Source of the DNA: Candidatus Latescibacterota bacterium
GTDB lineage: Bacteria; Latescibacterota; UBA2968; GCA-2709665
Length of the DNA: 64,000 bases
Reading direction: 5' to 3'
NCBI GenBank assembly: GCA_963662665.2
Contig: CAXXJS010000017.1
Span: 1 to 64,000, forward strand
In this document: positions 47,945-59,102 of the stretch, in pieces
Numbering within the stretch: position 1 is the stretch's first letter
Layout: each line of letters opens with the position of its first letter
Translations under genes and position numbers: made by a program
The notes under the pieces: generated by a model
Database searches by the model: none
What the model was told of the DNA's origin: nothing
What the model saw: the letters and a program-made list of their open reading frames with translations, nothing else

Positions 47945-49075
47945 CTAAGTGCCGAATTCCCGTGCAAACCGGACGAAATCGCCAAACCCGATGCGCCCGT
48001 CTCCGTCCAGGTCGAATCGATCCTCGAAATCCACGTCCCCGGCCTCGGAGCCGAAGGCCTTTGCGAAAATCAGAAAGTCACTGAAATCCACCTGCCCGCT
48101 GCCGTCGAAATCCGCTGATCTCCCCTGGACACTGACGCTCGCAACGGGCAGAATTCCTTCGCCATAGTTCCATCCCGTCCCCCAGGCCACCGACTTCGCC
48201 GCCGCGTCCACCGATCCGACGTGATACCACAAATCAAGACTGTTATACCCCTCATGTACCTCCATAACGATTCCGTTGTCCAGCGCGACGTTGGGTGCGA
48301 TGCCCCGGTCGAACCTTGTCGCGTCTCCCCATTCAACAATCCTGCGCGCCGCATCCAGGACGCCAACGTTATACCATAGACGCAGTCCGTCGATGGACTC
48401 ATGCATCTCCACCACCACGCCATCATCCATATCTACGGAGGGCGTCTGTCCGCCGTCGTATTCCTGCGAGGCGCCCCATGCGATTGACATTGCCGTGGTG
48501 TCCACAATACCCACGGTGTACCAGAGACGATCGCCCTCTTCGGACTGGTGGACTTCCATAACCACGCCATCCGAAAGCGCTACCGACGGGAACCGCCCAC
48601 CGTCGTACTTCTCCGAATCTCCCCAGACTATGGAATCGGCCGCGGTATCCACGATGCCCACGTGGTACCAGAGATTCGTGCCGATATGAGACTGATGCAC
48701 CTCCACGACGACCCTGCCGTCCAGCGCGACCATGGGAAACTTACCCGCGTCGTACCTCGTCCCCTCGCCCCACAGGATGGCCTTTGTCCCCGTGTCGACC
48801 TCGCCCACCTTGTACCACAGATTCGTACCGACGTGAGACTGGTGGACCTCGACGACAAGCCTTCCATCCACCGCGACGGAAGGGGCCTGACCGTCGTCGT
48901 GCGCCCCAACGTCACCCCAGTCGACCGTACGCGTTTCCGCGTCGATCACGCCAACTCGGTACCGCAGTTCCGCCTCTTCTTCCTCCTGGTGCATCTCCAC
49001 GACAACGTCGGCCGCCGGAATCGAAATCCACCGAAGGAACGTACACAGAAAGATCGTGAATCGAACGATTCGCAT
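47945..49075 (-). CDS. Secreted six-repeat beta-propeller-like protein with C-terminal dockerin-like double EF-hand
   Basis: Six ~49-aa repeats VVEVHQ...LWY.VG...WG...YD.G..P.VA; ADFDGSGQVDFSDF...FDLDGDGRIGFGDF. Confidence 0.82.
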   Translation of the reverse strand: MRIVRFTIFLCTFLRWISIPAADVVVEMHQEEEEAELRYRVGVIDAETRTVDWGDVGAHDDGQAPSVAVDGRLVVEVHQSHVGTNLWYKVGEVDTGTKAILWGEGTRYDAGKFPMVALDGRVVVEVHQSHIGTNLWYHVGIVDTAADSIVWGDSEKYDGGRFPSVALSDGVVMEVHQSEEGDRLWYTVGIVDTTAMSIAWGASQEYDGGQTPSVDMDDGVVVEMHESIDGLRLWYNVGVLDAARRIVEWGDATRFDRGIAPNVALDNGIVMEVHEGYNSLDLWYHVGSVDAAAKSVAWGTGWNYGEGILPVASVSVQGRSADFDGSGQVDFSDFLIFAKAFGSEAGDVDFEDRFDLDGDGRIGFGDFVRFAREFGT

Positions 49076-49163
49076 AACGTCTCGTTTCGCGAAATATATC
49101 ATCCCGTGGCGATCAGCAGTGCCGTATGGATTGCCGACCCGCGGCCGGACGGAAACCGGGCGC

Positions 49164-49919
49164 CTATTTGAGGCATAACCCGCCGTCCACTTTCAGAATC
49201 GTCCCCGTAATGTAATCCGCGGCGCCGGAACACAGAAACGTTGCCGCTTTTCCGAGGTCCTCGATGGTGGCCAGCCTGCCCCACGGCATGCCCCTGGCCG
49301 CCTCCCTGATCTGCTCGTTTGTGGCGAATTGCCGTTCCCCCGGCGTGTCGGTGTAACCGGGTTCGATCACGTTCGCGCGGATACGATGGGGCGCCAGTTC
49401 GGCGGCGATGGTCCGGCACATCTGGTTGATGCCCGCTTTGGCCGTATTGTACGGCATGGACGTGGGCATCGGTACGTGCGCCAGGACGGAACTGATGAAC
49501 AGGATGCTGCCCCCGCCGCCCTGTTCCACCATCTGCCGGGCGCCGGCCTGGGCCGTGTGGAAACTGCCCCACAGACAGACCGCCCACGTCCGGCGCACCG
49601 CCTGCACCGACAGTTCCAGAAAGGGCTCGCGTTTGCTGTAATATGCATTGGCCACCACGGTGTCCAGACGGCCGAAGCGGCTAACGGTTGCGTCGACCAT
49701 CCGGTCTACAGCCGTCCGATCCGACACGTCGGCCTGAACGACAATCGCTTCCCGTCCCAGTTCGCGGACCTCGTTCGCGACGGATTCCGCATCTTCCGGA
49801 TGCGAATGGTAGTTTACCGCGACGTCCGATCCGGCGCGGGCCATCTCCACTGCACATCCACGTCCGATGCCCCGGGAGGACCCGGTTACCAGCGCCACCT
49901 TACCTGTCATGTCAACCAT
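49164..49919 (-). CDS. Short-chain dehydrogenase/reductase
   Basis: TGSSRGIG, YNTAK, IEPG. Confidence 0.92.
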   Translation of the reverse strand: MVDMTGKVALVTGSSRGIGRGCAVEMARAGSDVAVNYHSHPEDAESVANEVRELGREAIVVQADVSDRTAVDRMVDATVSRFGRLDTVVANAYYSKREPFLELSVQAVRRTWAVCLWGSFHTAQAGARQMVEQGGGGSILFISSVLAHVPMPTSMPYNTAKAGINQMCRTIAAELAPHRIRANVIEPGYTDTPGERQFATNEQIREAARGMPWGRLATIEDLGKAATFLCSGAADYITGTILKVDGGLCLK

Positions 49920-50009
49920 AGGGAACCTTCCTGTTCTATATAGCCGGGAGTCCGGGATCCGGAGGAACGCCGGTACCCACCTTGATTCGTTGTATTCTTG
50001 GGATTGAGG

Positions 50010-53000
50010 CTAATCGTCATTCGAACGGCCGGATTCCCCCGCGCCGGCGCGAACGGGTTGGGCGTGCGTACTCCCCGTGGCAGGCTTCGCCTGCTGGTAC
50101 CGCGCTTTCTGGCGGCGGGCTTCCCTGTGTGTTTCCCGATAGCGATCCGGAATGACCAATTCGTCGCCGTGGTCGGGCGCGTGGGGCGAAACCTTCCAGA
50201 ATTTGGGCAGAAACCTGTCCCATCGGGCGATAATGGCGCTCGCCCGGCGGCTGTTGGTTTTTTCGAGGTGCCGTCCGATCATCTTTTTCAGCAGGCCGAC
50301 GTCGTCCGCATGGTCCACGCGCTCGATGGCGACGAGCTGCGGGTTGAACCGGTTCTCAAACGATCCCTCTTCGTCCAGCACGTACGCCGTACCGCCCGTC
50401 ATTCCGGCGCCGAAGTTTCGTCCGGCGCTTCCCAGCACAACCACGACCCCGTCGGTCATGTACTCGCAGCCGTGGTCGCCAACACCCTCCACAACCGCGT
50501 TACCGCCGCTGTTACGCACGCAGAATCTCTCCCCCGCACATCCTGCGGCGTAGAGCACGCCGCCGGTGGCGCCGTACATGACCGTATTGCCAATGATAGC
50601 ATTCCTGTGGCTTGGAAACCCGGCGTCGCCCGGCGGTCGGACAATGAGTTCTCCGCCGTGCATACTCTTGCCAACGTAGTCATTGGCCTCGCCCGTGAGG
50701 ACCAGCCGGAGCCCGCGTATGCAGAATGCCCCGAAGCTCTGTCCCGCGCTGCCGCGAAAACGGCATTCTATCGTACTGTCGAGCCCCCGGTCTCCGTAGT
50801 GATACGCGATTTCGCCTGCCAGTTTGGCGCCAACCGCGCGCCTCGTGTTCCGAACGTCGTAACTCAGCGTAATCGAGCTATTCTCCTTGATCGCGTCCAT
50901 TGCGTCCTGAAGCAGCAGGTCGTCAATGGATGCATCGGGGCGGTCGTTACGCTCCCGGGTATGCAGTCTCGGCCTCGTGCCGGCCGGGTCCGGATCGGCC
51001 AACAGGTCGCTCAGGTCGATTCCCCGCCACCGGTGTTTCTCCAGGTCGTCCCTGGCTTCCAGAATCTCTGTCCGGCCGATCAGGCTATCCAGCGACCGGA
51101 ATCCCAGCCCTGCCACGACCTCACGGATCTCACCGGCCAGGTTGGTAAAATAGCGGATCACGTTTTCCGGCGAGCCGTTGAATTTTTCCCTCAATTCCGG
51201 TTTTTGCGTAGCCACGCCAACCGGACAGGTATTCAGGTGACACTGGCGGGCCATCACGCAACCCATGGATACGAGGGCCGCCGTACCGAAGCCATACTCC
51301 TCGGCCCCCAGCGCTGCCGCCACCACCACGTCCCTGGCCGTCTTCAAGCCGCCGTCCACGCGGAGCACCACCCGCCCGCGCAGATCGTTCATTACCAGCG
51401 TCTGCTGGACTTCCGCCAGACCCGGTTCCCAGGGTCCGCCCGAGTGTTTGATGGCGCCCAGGGGCGAGGCGCCGGTTCCGCCGTCGTGCCCGCTGACGTG
51501 GACCACGTCCGCGTACCCTTTGACAACGCCCGCCGCGATCGTGCCGATGCCTGCCACCGAGACCAGTTTGACGCACACCTTTGCCCGGGGATTCACCCGT
51601 TTCAGGTCGTAAATCAGTTGAGCGATGTCTTCGATACTGTAAATGTCGTGATGAGGGGGCGGTGAAATCAGCGTGACGCCGGGGACGGAGTGCCGGATCA
51701 GCGCGATTTCCGCGGAAACCTTGTGCCCCGGTAACTGCCCGCCCTCACCCGGTTTCGATCCCTGCGCCATCTTGATTTCCAGTTCCTTGGCCGACGCCAG
51801 GTATTCGGGCGTAACGCCGAACCTGCCGGACGCCACCTGTTTGATGGCGCTGTTGGGCCAGTCCCCGTTGGGCAGCCGCCGGTACCGGGCCGGATCTTCC
51901 CCGCCCTCTCCGCTGTTGCTCTTGGCGCCAATGCGGTTCAACGCGATGGCGAGCGTTTCGTGGGCCTCCCGTGAAAGCGCCCCGTGCGACATCGCCGACG
52001 ACACGAAACGCCGGCAGATGGCTTCAGCCGGCTCCACTTCGTCGAGCGGGACGGAGCGTCCTTCCCGAAAGGCCATCAGGTCCCTGAGCGAAGCCGCGGG
52101 CCGCCCTTCCACGAGGCGCGAATAAGCCCTGAAATCCTTGTAATTCCCGGTTTTGGCCACGCTGTGGATGGCCTTGAAAACCGGGGGATTGAAGGCGTGG
52201 TACTCGCCGTCTCGCCGGAACCGGTATATGCCCGCGTCCTTAATCCTGGGCGAACCCTCGTGCTGGAACGCCAGCAGGTGTCTTTCGGCCGCATCCTCTG
52301 CAATTTCCGCGAGTCCGATCCCGCCAACCTGGGATACCGTACCCGAGAAATACCGGTCCACCACGTCCCGATGCAGGCCGACGGCGTCGAAAATCTGCGC
52401 GCCGCAGTAGCTGCTCAACGTGGATATGCCCATTTTGCAGATCACCTTGAGGATACCCGCCTCCAACGCGTGACGATAGTTGTCCAGTGCTTTCGCGTAG
52501 GTGACGTCGCCTTCAAGCCTGCCGGTGCGGATCAGTTCGTACATGCCTTCGTAGGCCAGATAGGGATTCACGGCGCTGGCGCCGTATCCGATGAGAGCGG
52601 CAATTTGGTGAACTTCCCTCGGTTCGCCCGATTCCACGATCAGGCTTGCCTGCATCCGCTTTCCTTCGCGGATGAGATGGTGATGTACGGCGCCCACGGC
52701 CAGCAGCATCGGGATGGGCGCATGGTTCGAATCCACGCCGCGGTCGCTCAGAACCAAAAGGGTCTTGCCGGACTCGACCGCGCGGACCGCCTGCCTGCAC
52801 ATTGTGTCCAGCGCGCCGTGCAGGCCCTCGACGCCCTCCGACGGAACGAACAGCGCGGGCAGCTTTTGGGCTTCGAATCCTGGCAGACCGGAGCTGGAAA
52901 GGCGCCGGAATTCAGAATCCAGCAGAACCGGAGAGGGGATGCGGACCAGCCGAGCGTGAGGCGCCTTCTCGCTGAAAAAATTCCGTCGACGCCCCAGAAG

Positions 53001-54620
53001 CATGTCCAGAGACATCACCAGTTCTTCCCGCAGGGGATCGATCGGCGGATTCGTGACCTGGGCGAACCGCTGCGAAAAGAAATCATACAGAAGCCGGGGC
53101 CGCTCGGACAGGACGGCCAGAGGCGTATCGTCCCCCATGGATCCCACCGGTTCCTTTCCGTCGTTCGCCATGGGCACCAGGACGTACTCGATTCCGTCGG
53201 CGGTGTACCCGAATGCCACCTGCCGCCGCGCCAGGTCCGTCTGCTCTCCAACCGGCATCGGCTCGCCGCGGGTATCCGCGGGTTCGAAGGGGACCAGGTT
53301 GTCCCTCACCCATCGCTGGTACGGGCGGCGGACCGCAAAATGGGATTTTATCTCGTCGTTTTTCAGCAAGACGCCCGTGCGCGTATCCACCGCGATCATC
53401 TGTCCCGGCCCGAGGCGCCCCTTTTCGACCACGTGGCGGTCGTCCATCTCCAGCATCCCGACCTCTGAACCCATAACGATCAGACCGCTATCCGTAATCT
53501 TGTAACGCGCGGGCCGCAACCCGTTTCTGTCCAACGTGGCGCCCACGACCGTGCCGTCGCTGAACGCGACGGCGGCGGGACCGTCCCAGGGTTCCATCAG
53601 GCATTCGTTATATTCGTAAAAGCCGCGCAGGTCTTCCGGCATGTCCGGTATTCCCCGGTACGCCTCGGGAATCAGCATCATCATGGCGTGCATCGGGTTC
53701 CGCCCGGCCACCACCAGCGTTTCGAAGACATTGTCGAGCATCGCGGAATCGCTGCGGGTCGCGTCTATAATGGGCTTGATCCGATCCAGGTGCCGTCCCC
53801 ATGCCCGGGATTTGAGTTCCGCCTCGCGCGCCCGCATCCAGTTCACGTTCCCCTTCAGGGTGTTGATTTCGCCGTTGTGGGCGAGATACCGGAACGGCTG
53901 CGCCAGAAACCAGTCGGGCAGCGTGTTGGTGCTGTAGCGCTGATGAAAGACAGCCAGCGCGGTTTCGAAGTCCGGATTCTGCAGGTCCCTGTAGAACCGG
54001 GCAAGCTGCGCGGCCACCATCATTCCCTTGTAAACGATGGTCCGGTTGGACAGCGAGCAGATATAGCAACCCTCTATTCCGTGCCGACGTACGGATCGCT
54101 CCACCTGACGTCGAACCAGATACAGCGCCCGCTCGAACTCCGCGTCGGACATCCGCTTTCCCCGGGCGATCAGCACCTGCTGAATATCGGGCATCAACTC
54201 GGCTGCCCGGTCGCCGAGGACCGTACGATCCACCGGAACCGTCCGCCATCCAATCAGCAGGAGCCCGTAATGGTCCGTCGCTTCGTCGACGATGATCCGA
54301 TACCGGTCGTTCGTTACGGTGTCCTGAGACAGGAACAGCATGCCGATGGCCAGGTCTTCCGCGCGGGGCGCCCTGTACCCCAGCCGTTCCGCCTCCCTCA
54401 CGATCAGTCGCGCGGGAATCTGGGTGAGTACCCCCGCGCCGTCGCCGGTTTTCGCGTCCGCATCCATCGCGCCGCGATGGGTCAGATTGGCCAGCCCAAG
54501 CACGGCCTGACGCATGATTTCACCGTTGCGGTTGCCTCTGATATCCGCAACAAAACCAACGCCGCAGGCATCGTGCTCGAATTCGGGCCGGTACAGCCCG
54601 TTTGTTGGGGTTACTTCCAT
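50010..54620 (-). CDS. gltB: Glutamate synthase large subunit
   Basis: EHDACGVGF, HQRYSTNT, HNGEINT, KMAQGSKPGEGGQLPG, PPPHHDIYSIED, CHLNTCPVG. Confidence 0.96.
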   Translation of the reverse strand: MEVTPTNGLYRPEFEHDACGVGFVADIRGNRNGEIMRQAVLGLANLTHRGAMDADAKTGDGAGVLTQIPARLIVREAERLGYRAPRAEDLAIGMLFLSQDTVTNDRYRIIVDEATDHYGLLLIGWRTVPVDRTVLGDRAAELMPDIQQVLIARGKRMSDAEFERALYLVRRQVERSVRRHGIEGCYICSLSNRTIVYKGMMVAAQLARFYRDLQNPDFETALAVFHQRYSTNTLPDWFLAQPFRYLAHNGEINTLKGNVNWMRAREAELKSRAWGRHLDRIKPIIDATRSDSAMLDNVFETLVVAGRNPMHAMMMLIPEAYRGIPDMPEDLRGFYEYNECLMEPWDGPAAVAFSDGTVVGATLDRNGLRPARYKITDSGLIVMGSEVGMLEMDDRHVVEKGRLGPGQMIAVDTRTGVLLKNDEIKSHFAVRRPYQRWVRDNLVPFEPADTRGEPMPVGEQTDLARRQVAFGYTADGIEYVLVPMANDGKEPVGSMGDDTPLAVLSERPRLLYDFFSQRFAQVTNPPIDPLREELVMSLDMLLGRRRNFFSEKAPHARLVRIPSPVLLDSEFRRLSSSGLPGFEAQKLPALFVPSEGVEGLHGALDTMCRQAVRAVESGKTLLVLSDRGVDSNHAPIPMLLAVGAVHHHLIREGKRMQASLIVESGEPREVHQIAALIGYGASAVNPYLAYEGMYELIRTGRLEGDVTYAKALDNYRHALEAGILKVICKMGISTLSSYCGAQIFDAVGLHRDVVDRYFSGTVSQVGGIGLAEIAEDAAERHLLAFQHEGSPRIKDAGIYRFRRDGEYHAFNPPVFKAIHSVAKTGNYKDFRAYSRLVEGRPAASLRDLMAFREGRSVPLDEVEPAEAICRRFVSSAMSHGALSREAHETLAIALNRIGAKSNSGEGGEDPARYRRLPNGDWPNSAIKQVASGRFGVTPEYLASAKELEIKMAQGSKPGEGGQLPGHKVSAEIALIRHSVPGVTLISPPPHHDIYSIEDIAQLIYDLKRVNPRAKVCVKLVSVAGIGTIAAGVVKGYADVVHVSGHDGGTGASPLGAIKHSGGPWEPGLAEVQQTLVMNDLRGRVVLRVDGGLKTARDVVVAAALGAEEYGFGTAALVSMGCVMARQCHLNTCPVGVATQKPELREKFNGSPENVIRYFTNLAGEIREVVAGLGFRSLDSLIGRTEILEARDDLEKHRWRGIDLSDLLADPDPAGTRPRLHTRERNDRPDASIDDLLLQDAMDAIKENSSITLSYDVRNTRRAVGAKLAGEIAYHYGDRGLDSTIECRFRGSAGQSFGAFCIRGLRLVLTGEANDYVGKSMHGGELIVRPPGDAGFPSHRNAIIGNTVMYGATGGVLYAAGCAGERFCVRNSGGNAVVEGVGDHGCEYMTDGVVVVLGSAGRNFGAGMTGGTAYVLDEEGSFENRFNPQLVAIERVDHADDVGLLKKMIGRHLEKTNSRRASAIIARWDRFLPKFWKVSPHAPDHGDELVIPDRYRETHREARRQKARYQQAKPATGSTHAQPVRAGAGESGRSNDD

Positions 54621-54837
54621 GATGAATGTTTTCTTCCTTCCTTGCAGAATGAAATGTACGGTTTAGCGATAGCTGAGTTTTAAATCCGGCGAAATGTTAT
54701 TCCCCCGGAAGTCACGGTCCGGTCCATCCCGCCTCGCTGCGTCTTTCACATTGGCCTGTCGGCGGAAAACCCACTCAAAAATTGCTTTCCTGCAAGAGAC
54801 AGGCCTTACGTCATCAATCACCTTTCTTTTTCTCTTC

Positions 54838-55098
54838 GTCCTTTTTCTTATCCGCGGAAGAAAAAGGACCAAAAAGAAGCGCGCCGCTCGGCGCGGGGCC
54901 GGTTTTTCCACGAATCACGAAACTGGTGAATACAAACGCGTCTGTCCTGCGGGCGATCAAGCACCCACAAGGCGACTGTGGTGGACGGATCAACGTGGAA
55001 AAACCCCCAACCCCACGATCGTACGGGTAATTGTACACGCGAGGTTCGATACAACGACAATGTGTCACCTTAAGGCGCGGATTCAACGTCCACCTGCG
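54838..55098 (+). repeat. Modular intergenic element, diverged copy F (core 54916-54984)
   Basis: gtcctttttct...agaaaaaggaccaaaaagaa...gcgccgctc head; ttttccacgaat-69 nt-acggatcaacgtggaaaa. Confidence 0.85.
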
Positions 55099-55112
55099 TC
55101 CATATTGTATGT

Positions 55113-55182
55113 GTAGGGGCGACCCTTGTGGTCGCCCGCCTTTCCGCTGCCCGCCACCGGCCGGTTCGCGAACTGCCCCTAC
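55113..55182. repeat. GTAG-type REP doublet
   Basis: gtaggggcgacccttgtggtcgccc ... gcccctac in inverted arrangement. Confidence 0.7.
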
Positions 55183-55364
55183 AAAAACCCAGGGTTTCGT
55201 GAATTGACGTCACGGTACCTTATCGCTGCCCGACGGGGCTCGGTGGGGTCGTCTACCGTCTCACCTGGCACGGCCTTCCGGTGTTTCAATTGCAAAATGC
55301 CAGGATCGGTCGGATCCTGGCATTTTCCTCACGTCGATTGAACGAGCGAAGAGGTTGGAACGCC

Positions 55365-55628
55365 TTACTCGAACGCTTTCGCATTAATTTCGATGTATTC
55401 CTTCCATTCTTCGGGTGTGTCGTCCTCCTCAAAAATCGCCTCAACCGGACATTCGGGTTCGCAGGCCCCGCAGTCGATACACTCGTCCGGATGGATGTAG
55501 AGCATCTGACGCTGCTCGTCTTCCGGCAGATTCGTTGCATCGGGCTCGTAAATACAGTCGACAGGGCAGACCTCCACACACGCCCTGTCCATCACGTCCA
55601 GGCATGGTTCGGCGATAATGTACGTCAT
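55365..55628 (-). CDS. Ferredoxin (7Fe, FdxA-like)
   Basis: MTYIIAEPC...[11 protein letters not shown]...[13 protein letters not shown]. Confidence 0.93.
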   Translation of the reverse strand: MTYIIAEPCLDVMDRACVEVCPVDCIYEPDATNLPEDEQRQMLYIHPDECIDCGACEPECPVEAIFEEDDTPEEWKEYIEINAKAFE

Positions 55629-55823
55629 TCTTCTCACCCCTTTCCTTAAATCAGTCTACACGCCGCTCATCTTAAAACATTGAACTCAGGTACGTGAGAC
55701 GGGAATTCCCGAAAAAACACGCAATTCGGAAAGTCTCGCGAAGTCCGCCTTCAGGCAACGCCATCCAGCGCAAATCTCATTCGAAATATAGAACTTTATT
55801 GCCGTTTGTCAAGCGTCAAAAGG

Positions 55824-56405
55824 TCAATTATCCCCATGGAGATGCCGCAATAAATCAGCGACGCCTTGCCGGCAGCCTGAATGGACTTTGAGGGTGAAGC
55901 GCTGTCCGGGGCTTGAATCGCGATCAACGTCGTAGTCGGCGCCGTCAAACAGCTTATTCAGCACGGGGTCCAGGTCCGCCTTAACTGCGGTATGCGTTGT
56001 CTCTGAATTGGGGGCCAACAACCGGTCGTTCAACGCGATCAGCACTTCATCTGTTCTGAATTTCGCGCGTCCTGCCAATATGGAATCCCGTTCGAGCTTG
56101 TTGCAGGCTCCCAGCGCCGAAACGAAAGCCCCCTCCAGCCGGTCCGCAAAATCGCCGTGGGACGGTTGCTTTCGGTCGTAGAGGAGCCCCGTTTTACCGT
56201 CGGTGCGATCGATACTGTAGTTGGCCTGGTGTCCAACCAGCAGGGTGACCGGCCCCCTGTGTACGTGGCTGTAATCGGCCACGTCGATGAGTACCTCCTC
56301 CCGGGTCTCCGGAATCCAGGTATTGAAGACCCGGAACCAGGTATCGGGCGCCACGTCCTGCCCGCGCTCGAGGTAGAATTTGATCTGAATTCTATACGCG
56401 TTCAT
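55824..56405 (-). CDS. Hypothetical protein downstream of the nitrite/sulfite reductase
   Basis: Clean 193-aa ORF in operon position; no family recognised. Confidence 0.7.
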   Translation of the reverse strand: MNAYRIQIKFYLERGQDVAPDTWFRVFNTWIPETREEVLIDVADYSHVHRGPVTLLVGHQANYSIDRTDGKTGLLYDRKQPSHGDFADRLEGAFVSALGACNKLERDSILAGRAKFRTDEVLIALNDRLLAPNSETTHTAVKADLDPVLNKLFDGADYDVDRDSSPGQRFTLKVHSGCRQGVADLLRHLHGDN

Positions 56406-56429
56406 AGGTCGGAAGCACAGTTCAGAACA

Positions 56430-58686
56430 CTAACTGCTGACTACGTTCATCCGCCCGTAGCATGCATACGCCGCTTCGATAAAGAGCTGCGTTTCCTCGA
56501 TGAAACGGTGCGCCAGGTCTTCATTGTAGGATTCGACGTTGCGCCTCTGGGCGTGAAAGAGATAATTGGCGAACTTGCCGCGGGTAACGGGATTGTCGTG
56601 CAACAATCCTGTATCGACGATCCGGGTGCGGAACTCCGATACGATGGTATCCGGATCTTCCGGAACATCCAGGAATTGCGATTTTACCAATGCCTTGGCG
56701 GCGTGAACCATTGCGCTGTACGCCTGTTTATAGGCCGTTTCATATTGGCCGTTGTCCAGAAGCACCTGGGCTTCGAAGGCCTCGCGCTCGCAACTGGAAA
56801 GCTCGAACTGGACCAGCGGCACCACCTCGCCCGCGCACTCGCCCTTGCCCATATCTCCGGTTGTGAACACCCGGCTGTCGCCCCAATCCATATAGTACGA
56901 CGAGTCGATCTCATAAGGCGGCACGTTTGTAAGGTCGTCGAGCATACGTTTCACTTCCACCTTGCCGATCCTGCGGATATACTCCTGGAAACTTTCGTCC
57001 CCCGGTTCGCCCCTGGATATAGCTCTGGCTGATACGCGCAACCACGTCGGGGATCCGCTTGGAAGGGACAGCCCCCATTGCCAGCCCGAAGGACGCGGCG
57101 TTACCGGTCCACTGACCCCCCAGAACCACCTGAAAATGCGGCACCGTGTAACCACTCACCTTGCGGCTGATCCCATAGAATCCCAGATCCGCGACGTGAT
57201 GCTGCCCGCATGAGTTGAAGCAACCGCTGATTTTGATTCGGAGCCCTTCAACGGCGGCATCCATTTCCAGGCCCTTCTCGGCCAGACGCGTGCGCAGTTC
57301 GCCGGCCAGACCGCGGGACGAGGCGATGCCCAGCTTGCACGTATCCGTCCCCGGGCACGCCGTCACGTCTACGATCGTCCCGGCCCCGGGTTCATTCAAC
57401 CCGATCCTGGCGAGCGCGTTGTAGAGTTCGGGAAGGTCGTTCTCGCTCACCCAGCGGAACACGATGTTCTGCTCCACGGTGGCACGGATCGTATCGTTCA
57501 CGAAACGCCTTGAAATATCGGCGAGCGCCCGCGTCTGGTTGGACGTGAGGTCCCCAAGCGGCAGCGTTACCGTAACCACGGCGTAGCCGTCCTGGCGTTG
57601 CCGATACACGTTGGTTCGCACCCACTCATCGAAGCCGTCGGCAACGGCGGCGCCGTTCAGGGGCTGTGCGATCTTCAGCGGTTTTTCGTCGTAGGCGTGA
57701 AGGTCCGAGAGAAACGACGTCCACTCCGGGTCGTCGGGCATCACCTTCCGCTCCTCGTCCACCAGGCGCTTGAACTCCTCGAGACCCAGTTTTGCGATCA
57801 GGAACTTAAGCCGTGCCCGCGCACGGTTCCGCTTCTCGCCGAGGCGGGCGAACACGCGCGAGATGGCCTGCGACACGGGTAGAAGCTCCTCTTCCGGCAG
57901 GAATTCGTCGAACAGCTTCGCCTGGTGCGGTACGGCGCCCAGCCCGCCGCCAACGTAGAACCTGAACCCGCGTTTCTCGCTGCCATCCACCATCTTTGTA
58001 ACCGCTACGGCGCCGATATCGTGCATATTTGCAAGCCCGCAGGCCTCGTGTTCGCATCCGGAAAAGGCGATTTTGAACTTCCGGCCGAAGTCCTGCGCGT
58101 CTTTGTGCCCCAGCAGAAATCCGGAGCAGGCACGCGCATAGGGCGTTACGTCGAATTTCTCGGTCCGGCACACCCCCGAAAGAGGGCAGGCCGTGACGTT
58201 CCGCACCGTATTGCCGCAGGCTTCCCGGGTTGTGATGCCCACCGATGCCAGGCGGTACATCATTGCCGGCGTATCATCGATGTGTACGTAATGCAACTGG
58301 ACGTCCTGGCGTGTGGTAATGTGCAGGATCGCGTCCGAATACTCCTCCGCCACGTCGGCCAGCACATCCAGCTGATCCGCGGTCAGTCCCCCGAAGGGAA
58401 TCTTGATCCGCTGCATTCCAGGCGCGTCCCACACGGTATCCGGCCCCTTCACCAGGTCCCCGCTCGGGAATTCCAGTACCTGCGTATTGTTCCCGTCGAA
58501 CCGTTTGCCGTTATCGTAACGCTGCCCGTAAACCCCCCGGCGCAACCTGGTCTCGGCAAAAACGGTATCTTCTATCTTGCCCTGTTTCCGCAGTTCGATC
58601 TGCGTGGCGAATATATCCACTTCCCGGCCCAGTTCAGGGGGTATGCGATCCGCGAGCGCTTCTTTCCAGGTTGTCGATTCAGACAT
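56430..58686 (-). CDS. Ferredoxin-dependent nitrite/sulfite reductase with HEPN-like C-terminus; +1 frameshift at the C5 run 56999-57003
   Basis: TTRQDVQ, ACGNTVRN, RKFKIAFSGC, CPGTDTC...SGCFNSCGQH; removing one base joins the two ORFs as QGRTGDESF. Confidence 0.85.
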
Positions 58687-58939
58687 GGCAACGTCTCCCG
58701 GTTCCGGATTACAGAGGCGACGGTATCAATCAGGCGGGTAATCTATTGAACTCACCCTGCGAAGTCAACGAAATAATCCCGAAACGGCAGCCGTTCCGAT
58801 CGGGAAGAATGGGCTTTTCGGAGATATTCTTGAGTATTTTGATCAACAATATAATAAATAACAAAACAAACGGGAATGCTGTCAATCAAAAACGAGAGAC
58901 GAAAGTCTCTCGTTTTTCAAGTGAATTGGTGGACGGGAA

Positions 58940-58990
58940 ACCTATCCCGCCTGCCTGGCGGCAGGCACCCTTTCCTGACGGAAAGGGTGA
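58940..58990. repeat. REP-like nested hairpins
   Basis: acctatcc-gcctgcc tggc ggcaggc-caccctttcc tgac ggaaagggtg. Confidence 0.55.
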
Positions 58991-59102
58991 AGCGGATTGC
59001 GCGATGGGAATTCGGTTGCCCCCTTCGGGGGAGAAAAGCGAAAGGCGGGTAGGTCCGCGGTCGCGGAGGCGCCTGCCTTTCGGTTGTTTCCCGGACAGAA
59101 CG

